Source of the DNA: Macrostomum lignano
Taxonomy: Eukaryota
Assembly: GCA_002269645.1 (NCBI GenBank)
Contig: NIVC01001665.1
Location: 186,001-250,000 of the forward strand
DNA: 64,000 bases
Direction of reading: 5' to 3'
Positions 1 to 12,300 of the stretch are shown piece after piece; within the stretch, counting starts at the first letter, position 1; the number at the start of each line of letters is the position of its first letter. A model generated the notes under the pieces. The model was not told the DNA's origin. It made no database searches and worked only from the letters and a program-made list of their open reading frames with translations. Position numbers and translations under genes: made by a program.

Positions 1-132
1 CCAGTCCTTGGACTGAACAGCCGTACGCAGCCTTCAAATGCACCGCGAAATAGCTGCGGCTGAGCTGTCGGTTGCACATCTGGCCCATCAATTACAGTTA
101 TCATATCTAGTCCTGTACTGACTCCCTTGCAG

Positions 133-443
133 ACACCCAGGAAGGCTTCCAAAGGCAGGTGCAAAATGAGCGTAGAGAGCGCGAAGAGATGCAGCAGAAG
201 ATGGAGCGCCAGCAGCAGTTGCTATCCGAGCAGACGGAGAAAATGAAGAAGCAACTTGAGCGAACGGCCAAGACCGACCAGCTGCTAAAAGAGCTTTACG
301 CTGAGAATGCCCAGCTCATGAAGGCTCTGCAGGTCACCGAGCAGCGCCAGAAAGTGGCCGAGCAGCGCTGCCAGCAACTTGACGACAAATGCCGCAGTCT
401 GCAGAAAGTACTCGGCAGAGTCAGCCAGGGTGCCGCTCACTGA
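133..443 (+). CDS. NIN: Terminal coding exon of a ninein / ninein-like centrosomal coiled-coil protein (gene continues upstream of the window)
   Basis: Acceptor ccttgcag at 125-132, then an open frame to TGA at 441-443. KTDQLLKELYAENAQLMKALQVTEQRQKVAEQ matches the recalled ninein/NINL C-terminal motif (KDLYVENAQLLKALEVTEQRQK). AATAAA lies near 517. A possible upstream exon ends at 22 (donor GTACGC, phase compatible). NIN versus NINL is not resolvable. Confidence 0.8.
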
Positions 444-1094
444 GATATCTGACCAATGAGACACGGAACAATCTCCTTCTTTTTCAACTTTGCATTCCTT
501 TGTCATTCCTCTCAACAATAAAGTATAAAATGCTTTAATTAGGGAAAATTACTTCGCTTGTACTTTTATGGCGTTCCAGAAACTACAAGACTCGTGGAAA
601 ACAGTTACTGCGCGTGTTTCGTTGTTGATTTTAATTTAAATTTTCGCATTGTTTTTAGAGCAGAAAAACAAACGTCGTTGAAACTTGCCGCTCTAGAAAA
701 ATATTTTCGTTTAAATTGACTCCTTGGCGAGTTCAGTAACTTCTGTTTTCATTTACTGAGGTACTTTGTGTTTATTTTTCTTCCATTTATAACATTTCAT
801 ATTCAAGAAGCTGTGCCTTCAGTCTGAGTAAGTGCGACTCTCCAAGGAAACGATGGTGTTAGGGTTCTAACCGAAAGGAATTAATCTCGTCTGCTGCGAC
901 TTTGATCAGCCGCCATTTTTGCAAATAAAATTTTTAATGAAAATTAGTAACAGCTGCAGTAATTTTTGTTCTATAAACTACTAAAGTATTGCCTTGTATT
1001 AAAATCAAAATCAATAAGTAAACTTTAAAACTAATTGATTGCTTGTATCAAATTTAGATAATGATTTTTTTGTTCCTAAATTTCGCATGGAGTG

Positions 1095-2400
1095 GCTATG
1101 GGGTGGTGGGTTCAATGGGGTCGTGGGTTCAATGGGGTGGTGGATTCTATGGGTCGGTGGATTCAATGGGGTGGTGGGTTTATTGGGGTGGTGGGTTCAA
1201 TGGGGTGGTGGGTACAATGGGGTGGTGGGTTCTATGGGGTGGTGGGTTCAATGGGGTCGTGGGTTCAATGGGGTGGTGGATTCTATGGGTCGGTGGATTC
1301 AATGGGGTGGTGGGTTTATTGGGGTGGTGGATTCTATGGGTCGGTGGATTCAATGGGGTGGTGGGTTTATTGGGGTGGTGGGTTCAATGGGGTGGTGGGT
1401 ACAATGGGGTGGTGGATTCTATGGGGTGGTGGATTCAATGGGGTGGTGGGTTTATTGGGGTGGTGGGTTTATTGGGTGGTGGGTTTATTAGGGTGGTGGG
1501 TTCAATGGGGTGGTGGGTTTATTGGGGTGGTGGATTTATTGGGGTGGTGGGTTCAATGGGGTAGTGGGTTTATTGGCTATGTGGTGGTGGGTTTATTAGG
1601 GTGGTGGGTTTATTGGGGTGGTGGGTTCAATGGGTCGGTGGGTTTATTGGGGTGGTGGATTCTATGGGGTGGTGGGTTTATTGGCTATGTGGTGGTGGGT
1701 TTATTGGGGTGGTGGGTTCAATGGGGTGGTGGGTTTATTAGGTTGGTGGATTCTATGGGGTGGTGGGTTTATTAGGTTGGTGAATTCAATGGGGTGGTGG
1801 GTTTATTAGGGTGGTGGAATCAATGGGGTGGTGGGTTTATTGGGGTGGTGGGTTCAATGTGGTGGTGGGTTCAATGTGGTGGTGGGTTTATTGGGGTGGT
1901 GAGTTCAATGGGGTGGTGGGTTTATTAGCTTGGTGGATTCTATGGGGTGGTGGGTTTATTAGGGTGGTGGAATCAATGGGGTGTGGGTTTATTGGGGTGG
2001 TGGGTTCAATGTGGTGGTGGGTTTATTGGGGTGGTGAATTCAATGGGGTGGTGGGTTTATTAGGGTGGTGGAATCAATGGGGTGGTGGGTTTATTGGGGT
2101 GGTGGGTTCAATGTGGTGGTGGGTTCAATGTGGTGGTGGGTTTATTGGGGTGGTGAGTTCAATGGGGTGGTGGGTTTATTAGCTTGGTGGATTCTATGGG
2201 GTGGTGGGTTTATTAGGGTGGTGGAATCAATGGGGTGTGGGTTTATTGGGGTGGTGGGTTCAATGTGGTGGTGGGTTTATTGGGGTGGTGAATTCAATGG
2301 GGTGGTGGGTTTATTGGGGTGGTGGGATCAATGGGGGGCGATTCAGTGGGACGGGTTTAATTGGCTCGTGGGTTTATTGGGGTGGTGGATTCAATGAGGT
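1095..2400. repeat. G-rich minisatellite with 17-bp unit GGGGTGGTGG(G/A)TT(CAAT/TATT/CTAT)
   Basis: Tandem units with a few recurring variants are read directly. All overlapping W/G/V-rich ORFs are by-products. Confidence 0.95.
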
Positions 2401-3310
2401 GGTGAATGCAATCGGGTGGTAAATTCAGTGGGGTGGTACGTGGGCTGCACAACGGGTGGGTGCTGCGGCTGAGCAGGTGAAATCTGTTAATGCTAGCAAG
2501 ATTTAAGTTCAAATAATTAAAAAGTGAGTGCCAATAAACGAATTCAATGAACGCATTCTAGAGAAAAATGGCATGAAAACTTACAAAAAGGGATTAACGT
2601 GGTCGTTAATCTTCTGTTCAACTAAATGAACGCAATTTACTGTTTAAATTATTTATTTTATTATTAATAAGTTTTGAAATTAAAGCCATGATGTATAGTG
2701 AAAAGCAACAATTTACAGTGTCCAGATGCCGTTAAAAAGCAGATAGTAAGTAAATTAGTCATTTAGTTAGTCACCAGGCAAAGGGAAAATGATTTACTAA
2801 TACAATAATATTATTGTCCACCATCAAGGGTGTGTGCGTCTAAATGACATTCAGCTGTTAAACAGGTAATAGCTAGCACATGTTGAAACCTCGAGCTACA
2901 CAAATAAGACAGAAAAAATTGCCATATCTCACAGCAGCTGAGTATTTGTAAGGCCAGAAAAACCGCTATAGAAGTTTGCAGAGCAGTCTATTTGGGAGAC
3001 GCAAAAATAAAAGACAAGCACAGCACACGCCTGTCTAATATAATCAGTAATGAATGCACAAAACTTCTGTATATTGCGCAGCTGTTTTTTTATTAATCAA
3101 GTAGAAACCAACACACGCGCATAGCCTACTAGAAGTAGTCAAACAAAATAGTGGACATTGTTAACAAAATTTTTGTTTTTTTGTCGAGAAAAGCTGCATT
3201 TGAAAAATTAGTCACTTCACATGATTGGTAGGTAATAGACTGACAGGCAAAGATTGATCTGCTAAATATTAACTGTGCAGTACATACTGTACTTGCTAGT
3301 GTAAGTTACA

Positions 3311-6300
3311 TCAGGGCTTATGAAATCGAGTGAATCTCTTGCTCTCCTCGTGAACCGGCATTTCGTAGGCTTTGAAGTCGTTCAACTCTTTACGGATGCG
3401 AGCCTGCAATTGGAATTTTCCATTGTATGAGCTTAAATTGGGGTTGCATAAGTTCTAAAAACTGATTTACTTGAGGATCTGAGAGGCTGGTAACCTGGGG
3501 ATCTGGGAAGCTGGTAACCTGGGGATCTGGGAGGCTGGTAACCTGGGGATCTGGGAGGCTGGTAACCTGGGGATCTGGGAGGCTGGTCACCTGAGGATCT
3601 GGGAGGCTGGTCACCTAAGGATCTGGGAGGCTGGTCACCTGAGGATCTGGGAGGCTGGTCACCTAGGGATCTGGGAGGCTGGTCACCTGAGGATCTGGGA
3701 GGCTGGTCACTTAGGGATCTGGCAGGCTGGTCACCTAGGGATCTGGGAGGCTGGTCACCTAGGGATCTGGGAGGCTGGTCACTTAGGGATCTGGGAGGCT
3801 GGTCACCTGAGGATCTGGGAGGCTGGTCACTTAGGGATCTGAGAGGCTGGTCACCTGAGGATCTGGGATGATGTTTAGTTAAACAGCTAATGAAGGCTTG
3901 ATCCAAAAGGATCTAAATAAAGGCACAAAGGCTAGTTGAGCACTGCAACAAACCTTATCCACCGCAGTCAGCCGAGTCCACGGCTTGTCTACAGCCCTGT
4001 CGTACTCCTCCGTGTCGGTGACCTCCACATAGTCATTGAATCGGATGATGCGTTTCTCTCGCAATTCCTGAATCGTGGGTCGAAAGCTCAGCTTCCTAGT
4101 CAGATATTTGATAATCTGCTGCTTCTCGGTCTCCAGAGCCGCTTCCGACTTGTTGTGCAGAATATTCCGACACTGCAGTTCCTCCGGCGTCGGTCGTTGA
4201 CTCAGGCGACGTTCCAGCACGCTGCCGATTCTGTCGCGCTCCTCGCGACGCTCCTGGGACGGCACTCGACGTACCGATAGAATCTGGCGACGTTCGACTT
4301 TCTGAGATTCTAGAAATCTGGCTAGAGAATCTTTGCGCTTGATTTTTGCTGCCAGGCCTGAGCGGGGAGCGGCGCCGGCGGTGGATGAGCCGCCTGACGT
4401 GTCGGCGGCGGCGGCTGAAGACGGCGACGTGTTGGCGGTGGTGACAGCGGCTGGACGGGTTCCGCTGCGGGAGGCCTGGAAGGGGTTGAAAGGTTTAGAT
4501 GATTGCTATTTGACATAGTGGTTGGATCAAGTTGGGGATCTGGGGGGGGAGTGGGATCAAGTTGGGGATCTGGGAGGGGAGTTGGGTCAAGTTGGGGATC
4601 TGGGAGGGGAGTTGGGTCAAGTTGGGGATCTGGGAGGGGATTTGGGTCAAGTTGGGGATCTAGGAGGGGATTTGGGTCAAGTTGGGGATCTGGGAGGGGA
4701 TTTGGGTCAAGTTGGGGATTTGGGAGGGGATTTGGGTCAAGTTGGGGATTTAGGAGGGGATTTGGGTCAAGTTGGGGATCTAAGGGGAGTTGGGTCAAGT
4801 AGGGGATCTAAAGGGAGTTAGATCAAGTTGGGGATCTGGGAGGGGAGTTGGGTCAAGTTGGGGATCTGGGAGGGGATTTGGGTCAAGTTGGGGATCTGGG
4901 AGGGGATTTGGGTCAAGTTGGGGATCTGGGAGGGGATTTGGGTCAAGTTGGGGATTTGGGAGGGGATTTGGGTCAAGTTGGGGATTTGGGAGGGGAGTTG
5001 GGTCAAGTTGGGGATCTAAGGGGAGTTGAGTCAAGTTGGGGATCTAAAGGGAGTTAGATCAAGTTGGGGATCTGGGAGGGGAGTTGGGTCAAGTTCGGGA
5101 TCTGGGAGGGGAGTTAGGTCAAGTTCGGGATCTGGGAGGGGATTTGGGTCAAGTTGGGGATTTGGGAGGGGATTTGGGTCAAGTTGGGGATTTGGGAGGG
5201 GATTTGGGTCAAGTTGGGGATCTGGGAGGGGAGTTGGATCAAGTAAAGGATCTGGAAGGGGAGTTGGATCAAGTTGGGGATTTGGGAGGGGATTTGGGTC
5301 AAGTTGGGGATCTGGGAGGGGAGTTGGATCAAGTTAAGGATCTGGAAGGGGAGTTGAAATAATTTGGGATCTGGGAGACTGGTTGGATCAAGTTGGGGAA
5401 CTGGGACAGTGGTTGGATCAAGCTGGGTATCTGAGAGGGGATTTGGGTCAAGTTGGGGATCTGGGAGGGGATTTGGGTCAAGTTGAGGATTTGGGAGGGG
5501 ATTTGGGTCAAGTTGGGGATCTAAAGGGAGTTAGATCAAGTTGGGGATCTAAAGGGAGTTGGGTCAAGTTGAGGATCTGGGAGGGAAGTTGGGTCAAGTT
5601 CGGGATCTGGGAGGGGAGTTGGGTCAAGTTCGGGATCTGGGAGGGGATTTGGGTCAAGTTGAGGATCTGGGAGGGGAGTTGGGTCAAGTTCGGGATCTAG
5701 GAGGGGATTTGGGTCAAGTTGAGGATCTGGGAGGGGAGTTGGGTCAAGTTGGGGATCTGGGAGGGGAGTTGGGTCAAGTTGGGGATCTAAAGGGAGTTAG
5801 ATCAAGTTGGGGATCTGGGAGGGGAGTTGGGTCAAGTTCGGGATCTGGGAGGGGAGTTGGGTCAAGTTCGGGATCTGGGAGGGGATTTGGGTCAAGTTGA
5901 GGATCTGGGAGGGGAGTTGGGTCAAGTTCGGGATCTGGGAGGGGAGTTGGGTCAAGTTCGGGATCTGGGAGGGGATTTGGGTCAAGTTGGGGATCTGGGA
6001 GGGGATTTGGGTCAAGTTGGGGATTTGGGAGGGGATTTGGGTCAAGTTGGGGATTTGGGAGGGGATTTGGGTCAAGTTGGGGATTTGGGAGGGGATTTGG
6101 GTCAAGTTGGGGATTTAGGAGGGGACTTGGGTCAAGTTGAGGATCTGGGAGGGGAGTTGGGTCAAGTTGAGGATCTGGGAGGGGAGTTGGGTCAAGTTCG
6201 GGATCTAGGAGGGGATTTGGGTCAAGTTGAGGATCTGGGAGGGGAGTTGGGTCAAGTTGGGGATCTGGGAGGGGAGTTGGGTCAAGTTGGGGATCTAAAG

Positions 6301-9300
6301 GGAGTTAGATCAAGTTGGGGATCTGGGAGGGGAGTTGGGTCAAGTTCGGGATCTGGGAGGGGAGTTGGGTCAAGTTCGGGATCTGGGAGGGGATTTGGGT
6401 CAAGTTGAGGATCTGGGAGGGGAGTTGGGTCAAGTTCGGGATCTGGGAGGGGAGTTGGGTCAAGTTCGGGATCTGGGAGGGGATTTGGGTCAAGTTGGGG
6501 ATCTGGGAGGGGATTTGGGTCAAGTTGGGGATTTGGGAGGGGATTTGGGTCAAGTTGGGGATTTGGGAGGGGATTTGGGTCAAGTTGGGGATTTGGGAGG
6601 GGATTTGGGTCAAGTTGGGGATTTAGGAGGGGACTTGGGTCAAGTTGAGGATCTGGGAGGGGAGTTGGGTCAAGTTGAGGATCTGGGAGGGGAGTTGGGT
6701 CAAGTTGGGGATCTGGGAGGGGAGTTGGGTCAAGTTCGGGATCTGGGAGGGGATTTAGGTCAAGTTGAGGATCTGGGAGGGGAGTTGGGTCAAGTTCGGG
6801 ATCTGGGATGGGAGTTGGGTCAAGTTCGGGATCTGGGAGGGGATTTGGGTCAAGTTGAGGATCTGGGAGGGGAGTTGGGTCAAGTTCGGGATCTGGGAGG
6901 GGATTTGGGTCAAGTTGAGGATCTGGGAGGGGAGTTGGGTCAAGTTGAGGATCTGGGAGGGGAGTTGGGTCAAGTTCGGGATCTGGGAGGGGAGTTGGGT
7001 CAAGTTCGGGATCTGGGAGGGGATTTGGGTCAAGTTGAGGATCTGGGAGGGGAGTTGGGTCAAGTTCGGGATCTGGGAGGGGATTTGGGTCAAGTTGAGG
7101 ATCTGGGAGGGGAGTTGGGTCAAGTTGAGGATCTGGGAGGGGAGTTGGGTCAAGTTCGGGATCTGGGAGGGGATTTGGGTCAAGTTGAGGATCTGGGAGG
7201 GGAGTTGGGTCAAGTTGGGGATCTGGGAGGGGAGTTGGGTCAAGTTCGGGATCTGGGAGGGGATTTGGGTCAAGTTGAGGATCTGGGAGGGGAGTTGGGT
7301 CAAGTTCGGGATCTGGGAGGGGAGTTGGGTCAAGTTCGGGATCTGGGAGGGGATTTGGGTCAAGTTGGGGATCTGGGTCAAGTTGGGGATTTGGGAGGGG
7401 ATTTGGGTCAAGTTGGGGATTTGGGAGGGGATTTGGGTCAAGTTGGGGATTTAGGAGGGGACTTGGGTCGAGTTGGGGATCTGGGAGGGGATTTGGGTTA
7501 AGTTGGGGATCTGGGAGGGTGGTTGGATTAAGTTGGGACAGCGATTGGAGCAAGTAGAGGGATCTGGAAAAATAGCAACAGCCCCAAAGAGTGAAAATGG
7601 AGGATCTAGACAGATATACTAATAACAAGAGCATTTTAACAGCTTACCTTATCCTTCCCCTTGCTTCCTGGCAGTTTAATGATGCCCCGCTCAGGCTGCC
7701 TGCTCAGGTCCGGCTGTTTAGCGGGCACCTGCTCGTAGCCTTCCATCCCGGGAACGCTGTCGTCAGCTTCCTCATCACCGTCGATGGAGCTGTCTTCATC
7801 GATGTCGTCGTCATCTTCATCGGCAACATCGTCGTAGAATCGATCGCCGCTTTGTTGATCAACATTAGCTGCCTCATCGCTGTCCGAATCGCTATTATGG
7901 TGATTATTATTACTACTACTATTATTATTATTAGTATTGGAGTCGTCTTCATCGCTATAATCGTTGGCAAGTGGCGACACGGGAACTGTAGCGGATGCGG
8001 AGGCTGCGAGCAGCTGTTGTTGACGTTGAATTAATTGCTTCTGCAGCATCAGGTGCTGAGATTGGCCAGCCGCTGATGAATATGACAGGTCTACTGTTGG
8101 CGCGGAGCTGATGCTCTGATTGTTGTTGTTATTGTGATGCTGCTGTTTGCTGTTAGCGCTGACAATGGCTGGAATCAGGGACAAGTATCAGATTTATTTG
8201 TTATAATCATTCTTATTTACTAATAGCAAAAATTATCCATACTACTGACAAGTACTTCATACTACTCACGAGTACTTCAATATTACTCAGGAGTACTCCA
8301 ATATTACTCACGATTACTCATCCTACTCACGAGTACTTCAATATTACTCAGGAGTACTCCAATATTACTCACGATTACTCATCCTACTCACGAGTACTTC
8401 AATATTACTCAGGAGTACTCCAATATTACTCACGATTACTCATCCTACTCACGAGTACTCTATACTACTCCTGAGTACTCTATACTACTCCTGAGTACTC
8501 TATACTACTCCTGAGTACTCTATACTACTCCTGAGTACTCTATACTACTCCCGAGTACTCTATACTAATCTACTGCAATATTACTCACGAGTATTCTACA
8601 CTCACGAGTAATTAATTATACTACTCACGAGTACTCTATACTACTCCAGAGTACTCTACACTACTCACGAGTACTTTATACTTTATACTTCATCTCAGTC
8701 TGGTCTGAGTTAGAGGCACATCCTCATGCTTGTAGCGATGCCTCCTGGCCTGGGCAGTCTCCGCACATCTAGTCTTGGTTGTCGCTCCTCCGCCTGAGTT
8801 GACTGCCTGCGACTCGTTATTGCCTTTCCCGATTAGCTGCTCCAGTAATTCATGGGACAAAGCGGCCTTGCTCTCCGTTTGAAGTCCTGTCGAAGTAATG
8901 TGGTCCACGTGCCGTTTCCAGACCATGCGGCCTACTTTCACCAGACATGAGAGTTGTGCACGGCGTTTAAGAATTTCTCCGACGGCCCATTTGTCCTCTC
9001 CTTGCTTCCTGAAGTCGAGCACGAGCACAGATTCTCCAGGTTCAAACTCACGGGCTACTTTTGAAGCTCCCTTGTCGTGTTGCTGCTTCTGCTGCTCCTG
9101 CTTCTCAGCAACTCTTTGCTCGGTGTCCTGGTGAAGATGACTAAGTTTAGTTCTTGGCGAGTACTTTAGCATCATCTCGCTAGGCGTCTTGCCGGTTGTA
9201 GAGTGTGGCGTAACTCGGTAGCGCGCTAGAAAAGCATTTAGGCATCCTAGTGCATCATGAGAGTCCTTCATGCCCGCTCTTAACGCTCTTTTGGCGGTCT

Positions 9301-12300
9301 GAACCATTCGTTCGGCTAGTCCATTCGATCTTGGATGCCCCACCGACGTCAGAATTTGTGTGATGCGGCAGCTTCGAAGGTAGTTTTTAAATTCCTCAGC
9401 AGTGAACTGCGACCCATTGTCAGAGAGGATTTGCCTCGGATAACCATATCTCGCGAAAGTTTCCTGCAGCTTGCTGATCGTGCCATGGGCAGTCGCCGAC
9501 CTCATCGGGTAAATTTCAACCCATTTGGTTGTGGCATCGACAACGACAAGCCACATGAACCCGTAGCATGGACCAAAGAAGTCCAAGTGAAGTCGAGTCC
9601 ATGCCTTTTCTGGCCAGAGCAGCGGCTGCAGTGGCGCCTGTGGCGGCAGGTTCCTCTGCGCTTGACAGCCCTTGCATTTGGTTAGAGCCGTCTCGATGTC
9701 TTTATCGATCCCTGGATACCATACATGCAGCCGTGCCAGGGACTTCATGCCCACAATGCCGGGGTGCCCTTCGTGTAGCAGTTGCAGTAGCTGCTGCTTC
9801 AGTGAAGCAGGGATCAACATCCTGATGCCCCAAAAGATGACTCCATCTTCAACACTCAGCTCGTTTCGCCTCGAGTGGTAGGGCTGAAGCTCTTGTTCGC
9901 TATGTTCTGGCCACCCAAAACGACAGTATCGCAGAACACGGGACAGATTTTCGTCCATCGCTGTTGCTCTCTTTAACTCTCCATGGTCGATTGGTTGAGC
10001 CTCTATGCGATTCTGGAACACACCATCCTCCGTGGACTTAGTACTCTCCAGCGGCAGTCTTGACAACGCGTCCGCATTTCCATATTCGTCTGTCCGCCTG
10101 TATCGAATCTCGAACTGATAGGCTGACAGAATCACAGCCCAGCGCTGCAACCGACTGGCAGCTATGCTTGGAATGTTGTTCTTCGGACCGAATATCGTCA
10201 CAAGCGGTTTATGTTCAGTGACCAGAATAAACCGTCTGCCGTACAAATACTGGTGGAACTTTTTCACCGCGAAGACTATTGCTAAACCTTCCTTTTCTAT
10301 CTGCGAATAGTTCTTCTCAGCCTTGGACAGGCCTCTGGACGCATAACAGATCGGCTTCTCATCCGAATCGCTCATAATGAGTGAAAGCACCGCGCCGACA
10401 CCATAGCATGACGCGTCAGTATGAACATTTGCGCTCAGATGCTTTATTTTCCTACCTTTGTAGCTCTGCTTGGGTTTGAACTTCTTCTTGCTGTGCGACG
10501 GTTGGTTTCCGCTGAACTGCTTCTGCTTCGTCCTGCACGCCTTCTCAACATGACCTGGTTTATTGCATCGACTGCAGACATGCGATCTTTTGGGACAGCT
10601 TCTCGCCCAGTGCCCAGAAGAGAGGCACCTGTAGCACCGGTCGTCTGAACTGGCCGGATTCGTCGGTCCCGATCCCTTAGCAGATGATCTTCCATATACC
10701 GCATTGGCCTGAGCCAGGCCGACAATGTCTCTTCCAGTGTGGATCTGCATTGCACCCTTCTCTGCGATTTCGATTGCTGTCGAGATTTTAACTGCGTCGT
10801 CCAGTGAAACATCGTCCTCCTGCAGCAGCCTTTGCTGTGTCAGCTTGCTTCGTAGTCCACAAACCAGTCTGTCTCTGATCGCCTCCGACAAAAAGCCTCC
10901 AAACGAACAGGTCGCCGCCAACTTCCGTAGCTGCGCGACGTACTCTGCAATGGATTCGCCTTCCTGCTGGCTTCGGTGATGAAAGTTGTATCTCTCGACG
11001 ATTCTTTTCGGCGTTGGGGTGAAATGCGTTCGTAACTTTTCAATTAAATCATCGTAGGATTTGTCCTTCGGAGAGTCTGGAGACAGTAAGTCTGAGCAAC
11101 GTATAGCAGTCTTCACCAATTACTGTGATGAGCTCGGCTCGCTTAATCTCCTCTTTGGTGATGGATTTAGCGATGAAGTATTGTTCCAGACGCTCCTCGT
11201 ATACAGTCCACCTTTCAGGTCGTGCCGGATCAAATGTGCTGATTTTCGAAGCAGTATTTGGCGCGGTCATTTTGTCTTCTTCTGAAGAATCCTCGTCGCC
11301 AATGTTACATCCGACTTCCGTTACCAACTCGAAGTCCATGTGAATTATGGTTAGTAATCTCAAGCTTGGTAGCGGGCTCTTGCCATGCCGATGTTAACAT
11401 TCATTTCCTTTATATTTGCTCTCCTTATATTAGCTTTAGAACGCAGGGTTAACAGGGGCAGTGTCTATGGCCAATGTGTGTGAAATGAAATATACTTTAT
11501 ATGCGCATATACCACAATACTACTCACAAGTACTCTATACTACTTACGATTACTCTATACTACTCACGAGTACTCCATACTCGTCTTGAATGTTAACGCT
11601 GCAACTCACCGAGAGGTCGATTGTCGCTAACGCTGGTTTCTCCAGACTTTGGCGTCGAACTGACGTGACGAAGCATCGACATGCCGGGAGGCTGACCGCC
11701 GCCTGCGCCGCCGAGAGCCGCTGGGCCAACAGGCAGTACGGGCACCCCGCCTGATACACGGGCAGTTGGCGAAGCTGCAGATGGTTTGAATGGTTTCAGG
11801 AATGAAGAGGCGTTTGGCGAATTAGTAGGCGGATGAAGATGGCTGATGAAGAGATGAAGGGGCGGATTACTCAGAGAAATATTCTTGAAGCAGCAAGACC
11901 CAAGGATTCTTATAAAATATACATTGATTCCGACTACAGGCAATCATTTTCAACTCAAACTTCAAAGCAGATCGGGCAAAATGACGCGATGTGACGTGAT
12001 GATAGACTAGCTTGACATGCACATAGGGGCTAATTAATAACAAATTTTACTAAACCTATTAGTCTATCACACAACAGGCAATGCTTACACTGAAAATTAT
12101 AATAAATTTTAGTTCCAAGCAAATTAGAGATCTTGCATGGCATTGCAAAATGCAAAAAAACACAAGTTTAATAATTTTTAATATGCTATTCATTCTTTAT
12201 GTTTAAGTAAGTGAGCAGCTGGGAGGCTGGTCAAGCAACTGACACTCTGGGAGGCTGGCCTAGCAACTGAGGATTTAAGAGGCTGGCCCAGAAACTGAGG

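Noticed and set aside
1039-2422. Many W/G/V-rich ORFs
   Set aside because: They are translations of a 17-bp tandem repeat in shifting frames, with no splice or start context.
6282-7634. 450-aa PDPQLDPNPL-repeat ORF on minus (and the LGQVGDLGG ORFs on plus)
   Set aside because: By-product of a 30-bp period inside a PHACTR intron. The upstream exon frame stops at 7636-7638 if unspliced.
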